A stretch of DNA of 64,000 bases, taken from IMG/VR virus record IMGVR_UViG_3300025121_000011, positions 1 through 64,000 of that record, one strand, 5' to 3'. Below, piece by piece: positions 44,455 to 54,900 of this stretch (position 1 is its first letter; each line of letters starts with the position of its first letter). Position numbers and translations under genes: made by a program. The notes beneath the pieces were generated by a model. The model had not been told where the DNA came from. It searched no databases and worked only from the letters and a program-made list of their open reading frames with translations.

Positions 44455-45930
44455 ATGATGGCATCTGGTAGTACAACCATATTAACTAAGTACGAATCTG
44501 CTGTGACTATTGTTACAGCAGAAGTAGCTAATTCTTGGTTTGGAGGATTGTATGGTTCTTTTGAGGGTTCTACCAAGCTAGCAACAGATCCGTTGGTAGC
44601 AGGTCATGCTCATGACGGTTTGCATCAAAATGGACATGCACAAAAGATAAATTTAGTTAGTCATGTTACAGGGCAATTAAGAAACACTAATATAGCTGAT
44701 GATGCTGTGACTAAAAGAAATGTTAGTTCCTTTGTGTCTCAGGGGCAGGCTATACCAGAATCAGAACTTATAGATGGTACTGTATATTATTATTTGGATT
44801 TGACTGATGTTTATTCTGCAATTTTAGATTGCTTTGGGGTGCTTGATATACAGGCGAATGGAGGTACAGTTACAGGTGATGGCGTTGGAGTTATAGAAGC
44901 GGATCAAACACAAGATACATTAACTTTATATGCCGGCACTGGAATTGAAATAGAAACCGACCAAACAAATGATGCTTTAACAATAAAAGCGGTTGGTGGT
45001 ATAGATGATATTTTTAATCAAGTTGTTTTAACGGCATCTGGTGGTACGGCATCTGGTGGTCCAGTAGTAGCCTCTGGACCAACTAATCCTCTTGGATTAG
45101 TTGCTGGACCTGGAATTACGTTAACTGGCGATGCCATTACCGATACTGTTAAAATTGAAACCGAACCATATTTTAGTACATTTGGATTATTATCTGCTGG
45201 TACCGGAGTAACTGCTGGAACATCTCCAATTGTAGCTGATACAGTTAGTGATACTTTGGGCGTTGTAGCTGGTGATGGAATTATGTTAACTGGTGATGCT
45301 GTTAATGATAAAATTGCAATATCAAATATGTACAGTTTTGCGAGTGGGATAATTCATCCTGAAGAAACTTTTGGTGCATGGGCTGCTGCGACTACCAATA
45401 CTATTGGTTTGACGCCAGATAATGATTTTCTTTATCAACATAGAGTAGTTAGTGATGATGCAAATGGTGTACAATTTTGGATTCCAATGGTTCAAAATGT
45501 ATATAATGAAAGACCGAGAAAAATCAAAATAAGAACATATTACGTGTGTGTAGATACCGGACTTCCAGCATATTTAAATGGTACACAAAATTTTACTATG
45601 AGAATGCGTCATGGTTCCAATTCAAACCAAACGGATCCTGGAGAAACAAATCAAATTGGAACTATACCAACTAATACTCCAGTAGATGCTGGGATTTCAC
45701 AACTTTGGGCTTTAAGTATAGATCAGATTTCTGTAAATGTTACGGCAACTGGTAACTTGATAATTATAGAATTTCCAATTAATGAATTGCAACTTAATGA
45801 AAATACTTTAGGAATTTTCCAGCTTAAATTAATAGGTTTGAATGGATTTGGTGCTGGAGAGGCTTTTAGTGGTGAAGGTGGAAAAGCTGAAGCGCATTTT
45901 ATTGGGGCAGATTATACTTGGTTTTACTAA
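44455..45930 (+). CDS. Probable virion fibre/structural protein
   Basis: GHAHDG motif; three ~55-aa Gly/Thr-rich repeats (..AD...DTL.L.AG.GI.L..D...D.I.I). Confidence 0.65.
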   Translation: MMASGSTTILTKYESAVTIVTAEVANSWFGGLYGSFEGSTKLATDPLVAGHAHDGLHQNGHAQKINLVSHVTGQLRNTNIADDAVTKRNVSSFVSQGQAIPESELIDGTVYYYLDLTDVYSAILDCFGVLDIQANGGTVTGDGVGVIEADQTQDTLTLYAGTGIEIETDQTNDALTIKAVGGIDDIFNQVVLTASGGTASGGPVVASGPTNPLGLVAGPGITLTGDAITDTVKIETEPYFSTFGLLSAGTGVTAGTSPIVADTVSDTLGVVAGDGIMLTGDAVNDKIAISNMYSFASGIIHPEETFGAWAAATTNTIGLTPDNDFLYQHRVVSDDANGVQFWIPMVQNVYNERPRKIKIRTYYVCVDTGLPAYLNGTQNFTMRMRHGSNSNQTDPGETNQIGTIPTNTPVDAGISQLWALSIDQISVNVTATGNLIIIEFPINELQLNENTLGIFQLKLIGLNGFGAGEAFSGEGGKAEAHFIGADYTWFY

Positions 45931-45939
45931 GGGGCAAAT

Positions 45940-46287
45940 ATGAAAAAAAATATAGACGCCTTCTTGGTCCTCGGGTGTGGGGGATATGAAACCTCCAGTG
46001 GATTCATAATATGTTCGGCAATATCGAATCCAATATTAGATCTCGCAATCATTTCTTCAGATTATTATGAGAATTTGGAGAAATTTTTAGATCAAGCTTG
46101 TGGTCTTTTTGATAAACCAATATATGATTATAATAAATTGGTCAATGTAATTACTATGTTATATAGAAAAAATGAAGTAATAGATGAAACACGGCTTGTT
46201 GAAATTCAGAGATTTATAAAATTACATAAAGATTGCGGGTTATTTTTAACGCTTTTAACCAAGGAGGACTTTAATGCCAGAAAATGA
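45940..46287 (+). CDS. Hypothetical protein
   Basis: 115-aa ORF. Confidence 0.65.
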   Translation: MKKNIDAFLVLGCGGYETSSGFIICSAISNPILDLAIISSDYYENLEKFLDQACGLFDKPIYDYNKLVNVITMLYRKNEVIDETRLVEIQRFIKLHKDCGLFLTLLTKEDFNARK

Positions 46288-46630
46288 TGAACTATCTATG
46301 CCAACAAATAGATATTTGGATGTAAAAAAACAAGAAGCAAAAGGTCATATATCGACAGTTTTTGATGAATATAAAGAGTTATTAAAAGATAAGGTTCATC
46401 CTGATAATCAAAATGTAACATACAATAAAAGGGTACAGAAAACGCTTCAAAGACTTTTATCTGCGGCAGATGATATGGATAATGTTACACCAGGAGAGGG
46501 TATCTTTGGTCTAATTATTTTATGTTTGCGATCTATTTTAAGAATTAAAGATGAAAATGTTAGATTAGAAGTTAAATTAAAAGATTTAGAACGTGAAGTT
46601 AATAGGCTGAAAAAACAAAGAGGATCTTGA
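46274..46630 (+). CDS. Hypothetical protein with coiled-coil C-terminus
   Basis: AAGGAGG RBS. Confidence 0.7.
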   Translation: MPENDELSMPTNRYLDVKKQEAKGHISTVFDEYKELLKDKVHPDNQNVTYNKRVQKTLQRLLSAADDMDNVTPGEGIFGLIILCLRSILRIKDENVRLEVKLKDLEREVNRLKKQRGS

Positions 46631-46806
46631 TGTCAGATAATAGCTCAAAATCTGTAAAAATATGGAATGAAATTGATAGAATTCAGTTGCTTATTAGACA
46701 GATGGAGAATGAAGCAGAAAAGCTTCAAATTAATATTGAGCGTGATACGCTTTATATAGCGCTTATATCATATATATCTGGATTGAGAACTGTAAATAGT
46801 ATGTAA
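46630..46806 (+). CDS. Small hypothetical protein (58 aa, below the ORF-track cutoff)
   Basis: TGATG overlap; MSDNSSKSVKIWNEIDRIQLL...NSM*; fills the gap exactly. Confidence 0.6.
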   Translation: MSDNSSKSVKIWNEIDRIQLLIRQMENEAEKLQINIERDTLYIALISYISGLRTVNSM

Positions 46807-46819
46807 AAATAGGAGATGC

Positions 46820-47902
46820 ATGGGCTCATTGAATATTCCTGTTACCATTGGCAATGATAAACCATTAAAATTAAAAAAAGTATTACAAGCTTTTAAAATA
46901 GATTGCGCGAACATAGAAATAAATGAAGGGACTTATTTTGATGTTTATGATATTTCATTAGAACCGGGAACACACTCTAATCATATTGATAGGGCGTTAG
47001 TAGATGTTGGAATAGCACTTAAAGCTCATTCATGTCCAAGAGGTTATCCAATTCTTAATAAGGGTGTCTATAGAATTGAAGTCCAAAAACAAGAATTAAA
47101 ATCAATCGGATTTGAACAAGCTTACTGCCCCGCGGATAATATGTATGCACCGATTGCACTTGGTGTCCGCGCCGATGGTTCTAAATTTTGTATAGATTTG
47201 CAACAACTTCCAAATTTATTAATTGGGGGAATTCCAGGTTCTGGAAAAAGTGTGTTGTTGCACTCTATCATCTTGTCGCTTATTAAAGCAAATGCAAGTT
47301 TGTATTTGGTTGACCCAAAAATGGTGGAGTTCAATATTTATGAGAATGTAGAGAACGTAAGATCTATCGTTTATGATGTAGCTGGCGTAGAAGGTATAAT
47401 TAGTGCAGTTTCAATAATAATGGAGAGACGATTTAATTTATTAAAATCTAATAAAGTTCGTAATGTTCAGGATTATAATAAAAAGGTGCCAAAAAAGAAA
47501 CTAAGACCTATTGTCATCATCATCGATGAATGGGCGGATATTATTTTGCAAAATAATAAAATTCAAGAATCTTTATGTAGAGTGGCACAAAAAGGAAGGG
47601 CGGCCGGAATAAGTATTGTATTAGCTACGCAAAGACCATCCTCTAGGGTGATTAGTGGATTAATTAAAGCAAATTTCTCCGGCAGGATTGGTCTTAGAGT
47701 GGTTTCTAATATAGATAGTCGAGTTATTTTAGATCAAAAAGGTGCCGAAAAGATCGAAGACGTTGGTGTGGGGTTGTACTTAGATCAAACCATGAACGAA
47801 GCAAAGATGTTTAGAGCAACTTGGATTCAAAATATAGAAATAGAATTAAGACGATTAGGTGCTAAAACAAAAAAATCCGGTTTTTGGTCAATATTTAATT
47901 GA
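46820..47902 (+). CDS. FtsK/SpoIIIE-family ATPase (motor domain only)
   Basis: GIPGSGKS, LVDPKMVE, IIIDEWAD, GRAAGI..VLATQRP, DSRVILD..GAEK. Confidence 0.9.
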   Translation: MGSLNIPVTIGNDKPLKLKKVLQAFKIDCANIEINEGTYFDVYDISLEPGTHSNHIDRALVDVGIALKAHSCPRGYPILNKGVYRIEVQKQELKSIGFEQAYCPADNMYAPIALGVRADGSKFCIDLQQLPNLLIGGIPGSGKSVLLHSIILSLIKANASLYLVDPKMVEFNIYENVENVRSIVYDVAGVEGIISAVSIIMERRFNLLKSNKVRNVQDYNKKVPKKKLRPIVIIIDEWADIILQNNKIQESLCRVAQKGRAAGISIVLATQRPSSRVISGLIKANFSGRIGLRVVSNIDSRVILDQKGAEKIEDVGVGLYLDQTMNEAKMFRATWIQNIEIELRRLGAKTKKSGFWSIFN

Positions 47903-47910
47903 GAGTACAG

Positions 47911-49575
47911 ATGAAAAAATATATATCCAAGGATGACATTATTCGTTGCATTAATATTGTAGATATAGCGGAAGAATTTGAAATCAAATTAGAAGATGCA
48001 GCATCTGGAAGTTTTAATCGAAAATGTATTTGTCCTTCCAAAGAACATAAGAATGGAAATGAAAGAACTGGTTCGCTATATATAGACACCGTAGATAATA
48101 ATTTTTGGTGTTTTGGATGTTTGCCACCAGATCAAGAGATCTGGACTGCATATGATGGTCTTGTTCCAATTAAAGATATTAAAGTTGGTGATATTGTTAT
48201 TGATAAAAACGGGCAAGAGGCGGCTGTAACTAATCATATTGAGAAAAAGGTTGATGAAAGACTTCTATCTTTTGAATTAGCAAATATACATAAACATGTT
48301 TTGTCATTTACAGAAAATCATACCATGTTGGTATGTAGAAATATACATGAGGATCTTAATTACTTTTGGAAGCATAGCAAGACTGAGGAAGTTAAATTTA
48401 ACATTCAAGCTAAAAGAAGGACGGCTAAAAAATATTCCAATAAGTTGAGATCTATTGAGGTAATAGCTAAAGATGTAATCGTCGGTGATTACTTTATGCA
48501 TCCCGTTATTCAATCAGATTTAAAAATCAATGAAATTAAAAATGTTTTCTTAAAAAAATATACAAAAGGTGTTAAAAATAATCGAATAGATACAATTCCC
48601 ATAAATGAGAACACTATGTGGATATTTGGTCTTTATTGTGCAGAAGGCTCATCATATAGGGGTGGAATTCGTTTTTCAATGCATTTCAAAGAAAAACATA
48701 TGTTGAATAGAGTTGCTGCGATTCTAAAAGAAGACTTGGGTCTGAATTCCACAATACATGAGTGGGAAGATAAAAATGGTGCCGAACTCACATGTTCAAA
48801 TACAGATTTGGAGCAATTCTTTAAGAATTCTTTCGGCCAGGGATGTCAAAACAAAACTGCTCCAGCTTATTTTGCAAGATTATCTATTAGATTACAAGAT
48901 GCGTTCTGGAATGGTGTTATGGATGGGAATGGTTCATCGGATAAGTGTGTACTTGGAATTACATCATATAAGTTAATATCTTTAATGCAGAAAATATCTG
49001 TTAACTTAATGAAGCCATTTTCTTTTTCGAAATTAGAAACTAGTCAGACCAAAAAGAATGTGTTTATTATGAGATTTTATAAGAATAATTCTTCAAATGT
49101 GTTTTTTGAAGAAGTTGACGGACACATGTGTATGTTGCAAAAAGTCATTGCTATAAGTTATGAAGAGCTTAAAACCTCTGTTTTTGATATATCGGTAGAG
49201 AAAACAAATACATTTCTTTGTAAGGATTATATTGTACATAATTGTAATGCTGGAAAAAATGTAATTGATTTTTATATGATATGTGCAGACTTAGAATTTG
49301 CAGATGCATTAAAGATATTGCGAGAAAGAATTGATCCCAGTAAAGCAACCGGTACTTCTCGTCTTCCGGTACAATCAAGTTTTGGAGAATTGCTTAAAAT
49401 ATCTGACTTACTTAGAGAAACAATGATAAATCATCCAAGTGATTTATATTGGATTAATATATTGATGCAAAATATAGATCAATATATTTTTGATATAGCA
49501 TCTGATGATGTGGATGGTGCAAAGGTTTTATTTGATAAGGTTGAAAATGAAATTTTAAATAGATATAAAAAATAA
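47911..49575 (+). CDS. Stand-alone primase-type CHC2 zinc-binding protein, intein-containing
   Basis: CICPSKEH...ERTGS...FWCFG|C.AG.NVIDF; ~179 aa after splicing; no TOPRIM domain. Confidence 0.85.
   Translation: MKKYISKDDIIRCINIVDIAEEFEIKLEDAASGSFNRKCICPSKEHKNGNERTGSLYIDTVDNNFWCFGCLPPDQEIWTAYDGLVPIKDIKVGDIVIDKNGQEAAVTNHIEKKVDERLLSFELANIHKHVLSFTENHTMLVCRNIHEDLNYFWKHSKTEEVKFNIQAKRRTAKKYSNKLRSIEVIAKDVIVGDYFMHPVIQSDLKINEIKNVFLKKYTKGVKNNRIDTIPINENTMWIFGLYCAEGSSYRGGIRFSMHFKEKHMLNRVAAILKEDLGLNSTIHEWEDKNGAELTCSNTDLEQFFKNSFGQGCQNKTAPAYFARLSIRLQDAFWNGVMDGNGSSDKCVLGITSYKLISLMQKISVNLMKPFSFSKLETSQTKKNVFIMRFYKNNSSNVFFEEVDGHMCMLQKVIAISYEELKTSVFDISVEKTNTFLCKDYIVHNCNAGKNVIDFYMICADLEFADALKILRERIDPSKATGTSRLPVQSSFGELLKISDLLRETMINHPSDLYWINILMQNIDQYIFDIASDDVDGAKVLFDKVENEILNRYKK
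48118..49242 (+). mobile_element. Intein (375 aa) with LAGLIDADG-type endonuclease motifs
   Basis: CLPPDQ start; FTENH block B; GLYCAEGS and GVMDGNG; VFDISVE..NTF...YIVHN then Cys+1. Confidence 0.93.
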
Positions 49576-49590
49576 ATTTAGGAGAAAATA

Positions 49591-49806
49591 ATGGATAGAT
49601 ATCCGATACTTGAAGTTCATTTGTGGTATCCCTCTGATTCTATAAGTACTAGAAATATTTTAAACTGGGTGCAAACTGCGCCAGCAGGCGATTTAATTGG
49701 ATTTATACAAATAGGACGCCAAAAGCCACATCAGATTACTCATAATAATCGACGTATTTGGGAAGATATATTATTTGATGTTTATAAGGAAATGGAAGAT
49801 GAATAA
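49591..49806 (+). CDS. Small hypothetical protein
   Basis: AGGAG RBS. Confidence 0.6.
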   Translation: MDRYPILEVHLWYPSDSISTRNILNWVQTAPAGDLIGFIQIGRQKPHQITHNNRRIWEDILFDVYKEMEDE

Positions 49807-49867
49807 GGGATCATTGTGAAATGGCAGTCAACTTTTTGCCGCCAACAATCCTCATAGCGGAGGCACT

Positions 49868-51031
49868 TTGAGAGTAATTATTTGTGGAGATACACATATT
49901 GGAGCTATTCTTGGTTTGGGTAAACCAAATGGAAACGGTGGTAATTCGCGAATTGATGATTATGAGGCAAGCTTAAATTATATTATAGATTATGCAATTG
50001 AGGTAAAAGCAGATGTTTTTGCGCAAACTGGAGATGTATTTGATGTTCGTAATCCAGAAGCTGAGCATGTAGCTGTAATTAACAGATGTATTAAGAGGTT
50101 GTCTGTAGCAGGAATTCCATCAATCTGGTTAATGGGAAATCATGATTATAAGAAGTCTGGCGAATCTTTTACAAGTGCAATAGCAAGCATTTCCGCTAAA
50201 GATTATCCTAATACTAGGATAATTTTAAATCCAAGTGTAGTTGAGATTGCAGATGGAAAGGGCGATAAAATATCTCTTATTTTAATGCCATATAGAGACC
50301 GCAGAATGTACGAAGGAAAAACTACGGAAGAAGATTCATTTTTATGTGAATTAGAAGTAGAAAAATTAATTAAAGATTGTGATGATAAATATCCTATTAT
50401 AACAATCGGACATAATTTCTTTTTCGAAGGAAGTTATAGCCATTATGGTGGAGCCGAAGTTCTTATTCGTCATGAGATATTTAAGAAGTGTGATTTAGTA
50501 ACTATGGGACATTATCATCATTTTAGGATTTTAAATAAAAAAGATCCTATTGTATTTTATATAGGTTCTATGGATCGGCTTAATTTTGGTGATGCAAATG
50601 TAGATAAGTATTTTGTTGATTACAACACGCAAACTAAAAAAGTTAATGTTAAAACAGTACCAAGCAGACCTTTAATAGATAGTTACTTGATTCTAGAAGA
50701 TGCAGATTTTAATAATTTAAACAGTATGATTGTGGAAAAAATTGACAGTTTGATTGTTAAAGATGCTGTAGTTAGAGTTAAATTGGCTATTAAAGATACT
50801 TTGGTAGCTTCTGTAAAAAAATCGGATATATCAAAACAATTGTATAATAACGGGGCATTCTATGTGTCTAAAATTCTCTTGGATCCGATTAGTAAAAAAA
50901 TAAACAGAGATATTGAGATTTTACAAGAAAAAACTGACATTAGTATGTTTGAGGCGTTTCTTAAGAAGCAGGAATTTCCCAAGGAAATGACCGAAGATAT
51001 ATTAAGACAGGCTAAAATATTAATGAAGTGA
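49868..51031 (+). CDS. sbcD: SbcD/Mre11-like nuclease
   Basis: GDTHIG, GDVFD, GNHD, GH, GHYH, YIGS metallophosphoesterase motifs. Confidence 0.92.
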   Translation: MRVIICGDTHIGAILGLGKPNGNGGNSRIDDYEASLNYIIDYAIEVKADVFAQTGDVFDVRNPEAEHVAVINRCIKRLSVAGIPSIWLMGNHDYKKSGESFTSAIASISAKDYPNTRIILNPSVVEIADGKGDKISLILMPYRDRRMYEGKTTEEDSFLCELEVEKLIKDCDDKYPIITIGHNFFFEGSYSHYGGAEVLIRHEIFKKCDLVTMGHYHHFRILNKKDPIVFYIGSMDRLNFGDANVDKYFVDYNTQTKKVNVKTVPSRPLIDSYLILEDADFNNLNSMIVEKIDSLIVKDAVVRVKLAIKDTLVASVKKSDISKQLYNNGAFYVSKILLDPISKKINRDIEILQEKTDISMFEAFLKKQEFPKEMTEDILRQAKILMK

Positions 51032-51053
51032 CGACTAAGCGAAAGGCGGCAAA

Positions 51054-51374
51054 ATGATACACAAGCTGATTGGGTTGAGGAGTGATATTGAATATAGGCT
51101 CAGTAGTTATAATGATGACCATATGGATTACAATTCTCAAATATCAGAGGTAAGAGAGGTTGTTGCAACCTTTGATACCAAGGAAGCGGCTGAGTAATAT
51201 GCCAATAACTCTGAGATTGCTTCTGCCAAGAAAAGATCATACTTTTCAGCAAACGTCTTCAGAGGGAAATATAGATATCGAAAAGACTCCCTCCTTAGAA
51301 TATATCATGAACACGAGGTAGTGGCTTATTATCCAGAGATTGCACCACCACATAACCCGGAGTTAGGAAAGTAA
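51054..51374 (+). pseudogene. 106-codon gene interrupted by one in-frame TAA
   Basis: MIHKLIG...DTKEAAE*(51195-97)YANNS...PPHNPELGK*; ends flush with ATG 51375. Confidence 0.65.
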
Positions 51375-51656
51375 ATGGCTAAAAAATTCGTATATGCAAA
51401 TAGATTTAACTTAAGTGGATTATATGCAAAAACGCCAATGAAGTGTTATTCTCCTTCAAAAAAAGAGTGTAATTGCTATCTTGATGAGTGTAAATGCAAC
51501 TATTGGTATCGTGGTGGAAATTTTGATTGTGTTGGAAACCCAGGAACTTATGATAATAAAGACAGTATTACATTTGTAAGTTATTCCAAAGAAGAGGTTC
51601 AAGCGTGGTCAGATGGTATAAGGGCCGTGATTAAGATGATATCAAGGTTGGCATAA
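51375..51656 (+). CDS. Cys-rich small hypothetical protein
   Basis: 93 aa; coupled to both neighbours. Confidence 0.6.
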   Translation: MAKKFVYANRFNLSGLYAKTPMKCYSPSKKECNCYLDECKCNYWYRGGNFDCVGNPGTYDNKDSITFVSYSKEEVQAWSDGIRAVIKMISRLA

Positions 51657-51914
51657 TGGATTTAAAGCAGTTTAATAAATTAGATCCCGAATTATATCAA
51701 GTTTGGTGGAAAGATGGGAGCTGTTCTTTGGCTGCAATTGGGATAAAACCAGATGGTGATAGATGGATAGCAATAACGGAATCGGAATGGTCATGGGTGG
51801 GTAAATTTAGGTTACTTTGAAAGTATTGTTGATGATATTTATATTATGAGATTATTAGATATTGACAAGTCAAATATATCTGTTGTGCTGGAATTTAGCG
51901 GGGGTGGTATTTGA
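51656..51914 (+). pseudogene. Small gene, probably frameshifted near 51800
   Basis: MDLKQF...YQVWWKDGSCSLAAIG...RWIA stops at 51820; another frame continues NLGYFES...GGGI* and overlaps the sbcC start. Confidence 0.4.
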
Positions 51915-54900
51915 TTCCAATTAATTTGAAAATAAAAAACTTTTTCTCTCATAAAGAGACTGAAATTGATTTTACTAAATTTAACTCTGCTTTATTAATC
52001 GGAAATGTAGAAGGTGATTATAACATTTCAAATGGCAGCGGAAAGTGTCTCTCTGGTAATACAATTTTGACAAGCCCGTTAACTGGAGAGAGAATCTCTA
52101 TAAGGGATTTGTATAATTGTAAAAAACCCTTTAGCGTTTGGGGCCTTGATAAAAATTTAAAATTATCTCCATCAGAAATTACAGCCATTCAATTATCTGG
52201 TAAGAAAGAAATTCTTAAAATTACTTTGGAGAATGGATATGAAGAATGTGTTTCAACAACACATCCCATTTTATCTATTGATAAAAACTGTGTTTTAGCC
52301 AAAGATTTATTAATTGGTAGTTATGTCGCTCAACCAAGGCATATGAATGTTCTATATCCTCAAAAAACCTTATCTATGGAAGAGTCGAGATTATTAGGTT
52401 TATATGCATCAGAGGGCGGATTGACAGAGGGACGCGCTCGGTTTACAAATGCAGATCAGGATATAATTGCGAAAGCCAAGCACGGCTTATGGAATAAAAA
52501 AGCTATAAATAGATGCCTTCCACCAGTTTTCTTTTCGGAATCAAAAGAAAATGTTGGGGCCTTTTTGGGAATGTTTTTTTCTGGAAATGGATATATATCA
52601 GATATAGAGCGAGCAAGAGAAATTTCTATTGGATTAGGATCAAAAGAATTTATTTATGATTTACAAGTATTATTGCAGCGATTTGGAATTCAGTCGTCTA
52701 TAAGATTTAAAAAGATAAATCTTATATACAATTCATGGATCTTATCTATTCATACAAATGTAGATAATTTTATCAAATTCTATGCTCTTGTAAATGATAA
52801 ATTATATGGGCCCAAAAAATATAGATTAGAAAAATTTAATGAATTCATTATTAAATTAAATAGTAATCCGAATAAAGATATTATTCCATCTGCTTTATAT
52901 TGTGATAAAATTATTGAATATAAGAAAAATTATAAACATTCTAATATCGATTTATCAAATAACCAATTAAAAAATACAAATTTAAGTCGCAAAAAATTAA
53001 AAAAATATGCTGAAATTGTAAATGACAAAGATCTTTTGTTGCTGTCTGATTCTGATATAGTTTGGACGAAAATCAAAAGTATAGAAAATATTGGTGTACA
53101 AGAAACTTATGATATTGAGATAGACAATGATACACATTTGTATGCTTTAAATGGGTTTATTACTCATAATTCCGCTCTGTTTGAAGCCATTTTATGGTGT
53201 TTATTTAATAAAGCTAGGACTGCATCTATGGATGATGTAGTTATGTGGAATGAAACAAATTGTTCTGTATCTTTTGAATTTATTCATCATGGAGAACGAT
53301 ATAAGATAATTAGAGATAGATCAAGAACTACTGGAACATCTACAGTAGAATTCTTTATAGATGATCAAGGAAGTTGGATTGATAAATCTGGTTCTACAGC
53401 GAGGTTAACAAATGATGAAATTATTTCAGTTATACATGTTGATTATAAAACTTTTATTAATTCAGCCTATTTTAGACAGAATGACATTTCTGAGTTTGCA
53501 GAATCTGATGCAGGAAGAAAAAAAGAAATCTTAAAAAATATTATCGATTTATCCAAATGGGATGAATATGAAAAGACAGCCAAAAATGATGTTAAACTAT
53601 TAAAACAAGAATGCATAATCTTAGAAGCGGAGTCTAATGAGCTAAATGATACTAGACAATCTTTGGCAGAATCAGAGTTTAAATTTAAAGAACTAACACG
53701 TTTAGTAGATTCTAAGGGTCTAGAAAGAGAAGATGTGGCACACAGACTAGAATCTTTAAGTGAAAAATATACATCATTAAAACAAAGTCTTGATACAGAT
53801 AAGTGGGATAAAATTACAGATGAAAATGCAAAATTAACAACATCTTTGAGTATTATAGAGGGTAAGAAAGATTCTTTGCTTAAAGAAATTTGTGATTATG
53901 AAAAGCAAGTTTCTGTAATGAATATAAAAATATCCGAATTTCAAGAAGAATTGGTAAATATAAAATTAGATCCAGAGGCTCCAAATAAGTTGTTGCTTTG
54001 TAGAGATGAAAAGAACAAATACAAAGCTGAGATTTCAAGTAATAAAGAGCGGTTATTAGAACTTGAATCAGTTAATATCATTAAAGGAACCTGTTATGTT
54101 TGTGGGCAGGGAGTTGCGGAAAATTTAAGTGAAATCTTAAAACAAGAGTATCAAACTAAAATTAATGATTTCAAAAGAAGGATAGTATTTGGAAAAAATA
54201 GAGTCAATCAATTAGAAGCAGAAATTAACCTTCTTGAGAAAATAACATTAGATGGTCAACGATTTCAGACGTTAACTGCATCCACAAGTTCATTACAATC
54301 TGAAATAAAAATGTTATGCGGACATCTGGATAGAATTTCTAATGAAAAAGTTGAAGTCATTAGACATATAAATGAAATACAAAGTAAATTAAAAAGTAAT
54401 GAAGATATTTTAACATCATTACGAGATGATAATTTTAACAGTTTGAGATTACAAATTAAAGAATTAAAGCAAAATCGAATTTCTGTACAATCTGAGTTAG
54501 AATCGATAAATAGAGATGTCGGGATCTATAGCCAAAGGGTTATTAATTTAACAGAAAAAATAAATAAAATGCAAAAATCTCAAAAGAAGTTGATTGAGAA
54601 AGGCAAAGAATTAATTATTCTTGAAAAATTTGTAAAATTATTAGGAAAAAACGGCATCCAAACTATTTTATTAAATGCAGTAATTGAAGATTTAGAATTA
54701 GTATCTAATGATATTCTATCTTCTATTTGTAATGAACCATTTCAGGTAATTTTAGAGACGCAAAGATTAGGAGCAGATGGATCTTCTATTGTAGATACTT
54801 TAGACTTAAAGGTTAAAAAGGATGGAATTATTCAGAATTTTAAATCTTTAAGTGGGGGAGAACAATTTAGAATTTCTTTGGCTTTACGAATTGCTTTAAG

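Noticed and set aside
51195-51197. Stop-codon reassignment
   Set aside because: TAA, TAG and TGA all end well-defined genes and long genes are intact in the standard code; this is an isolated TAA
48118-53170. Two inteins of identical length (375 aa) as a duplication
   Set aside because: Sequences and motif spacing differ throughout; the equal length appears coincidental
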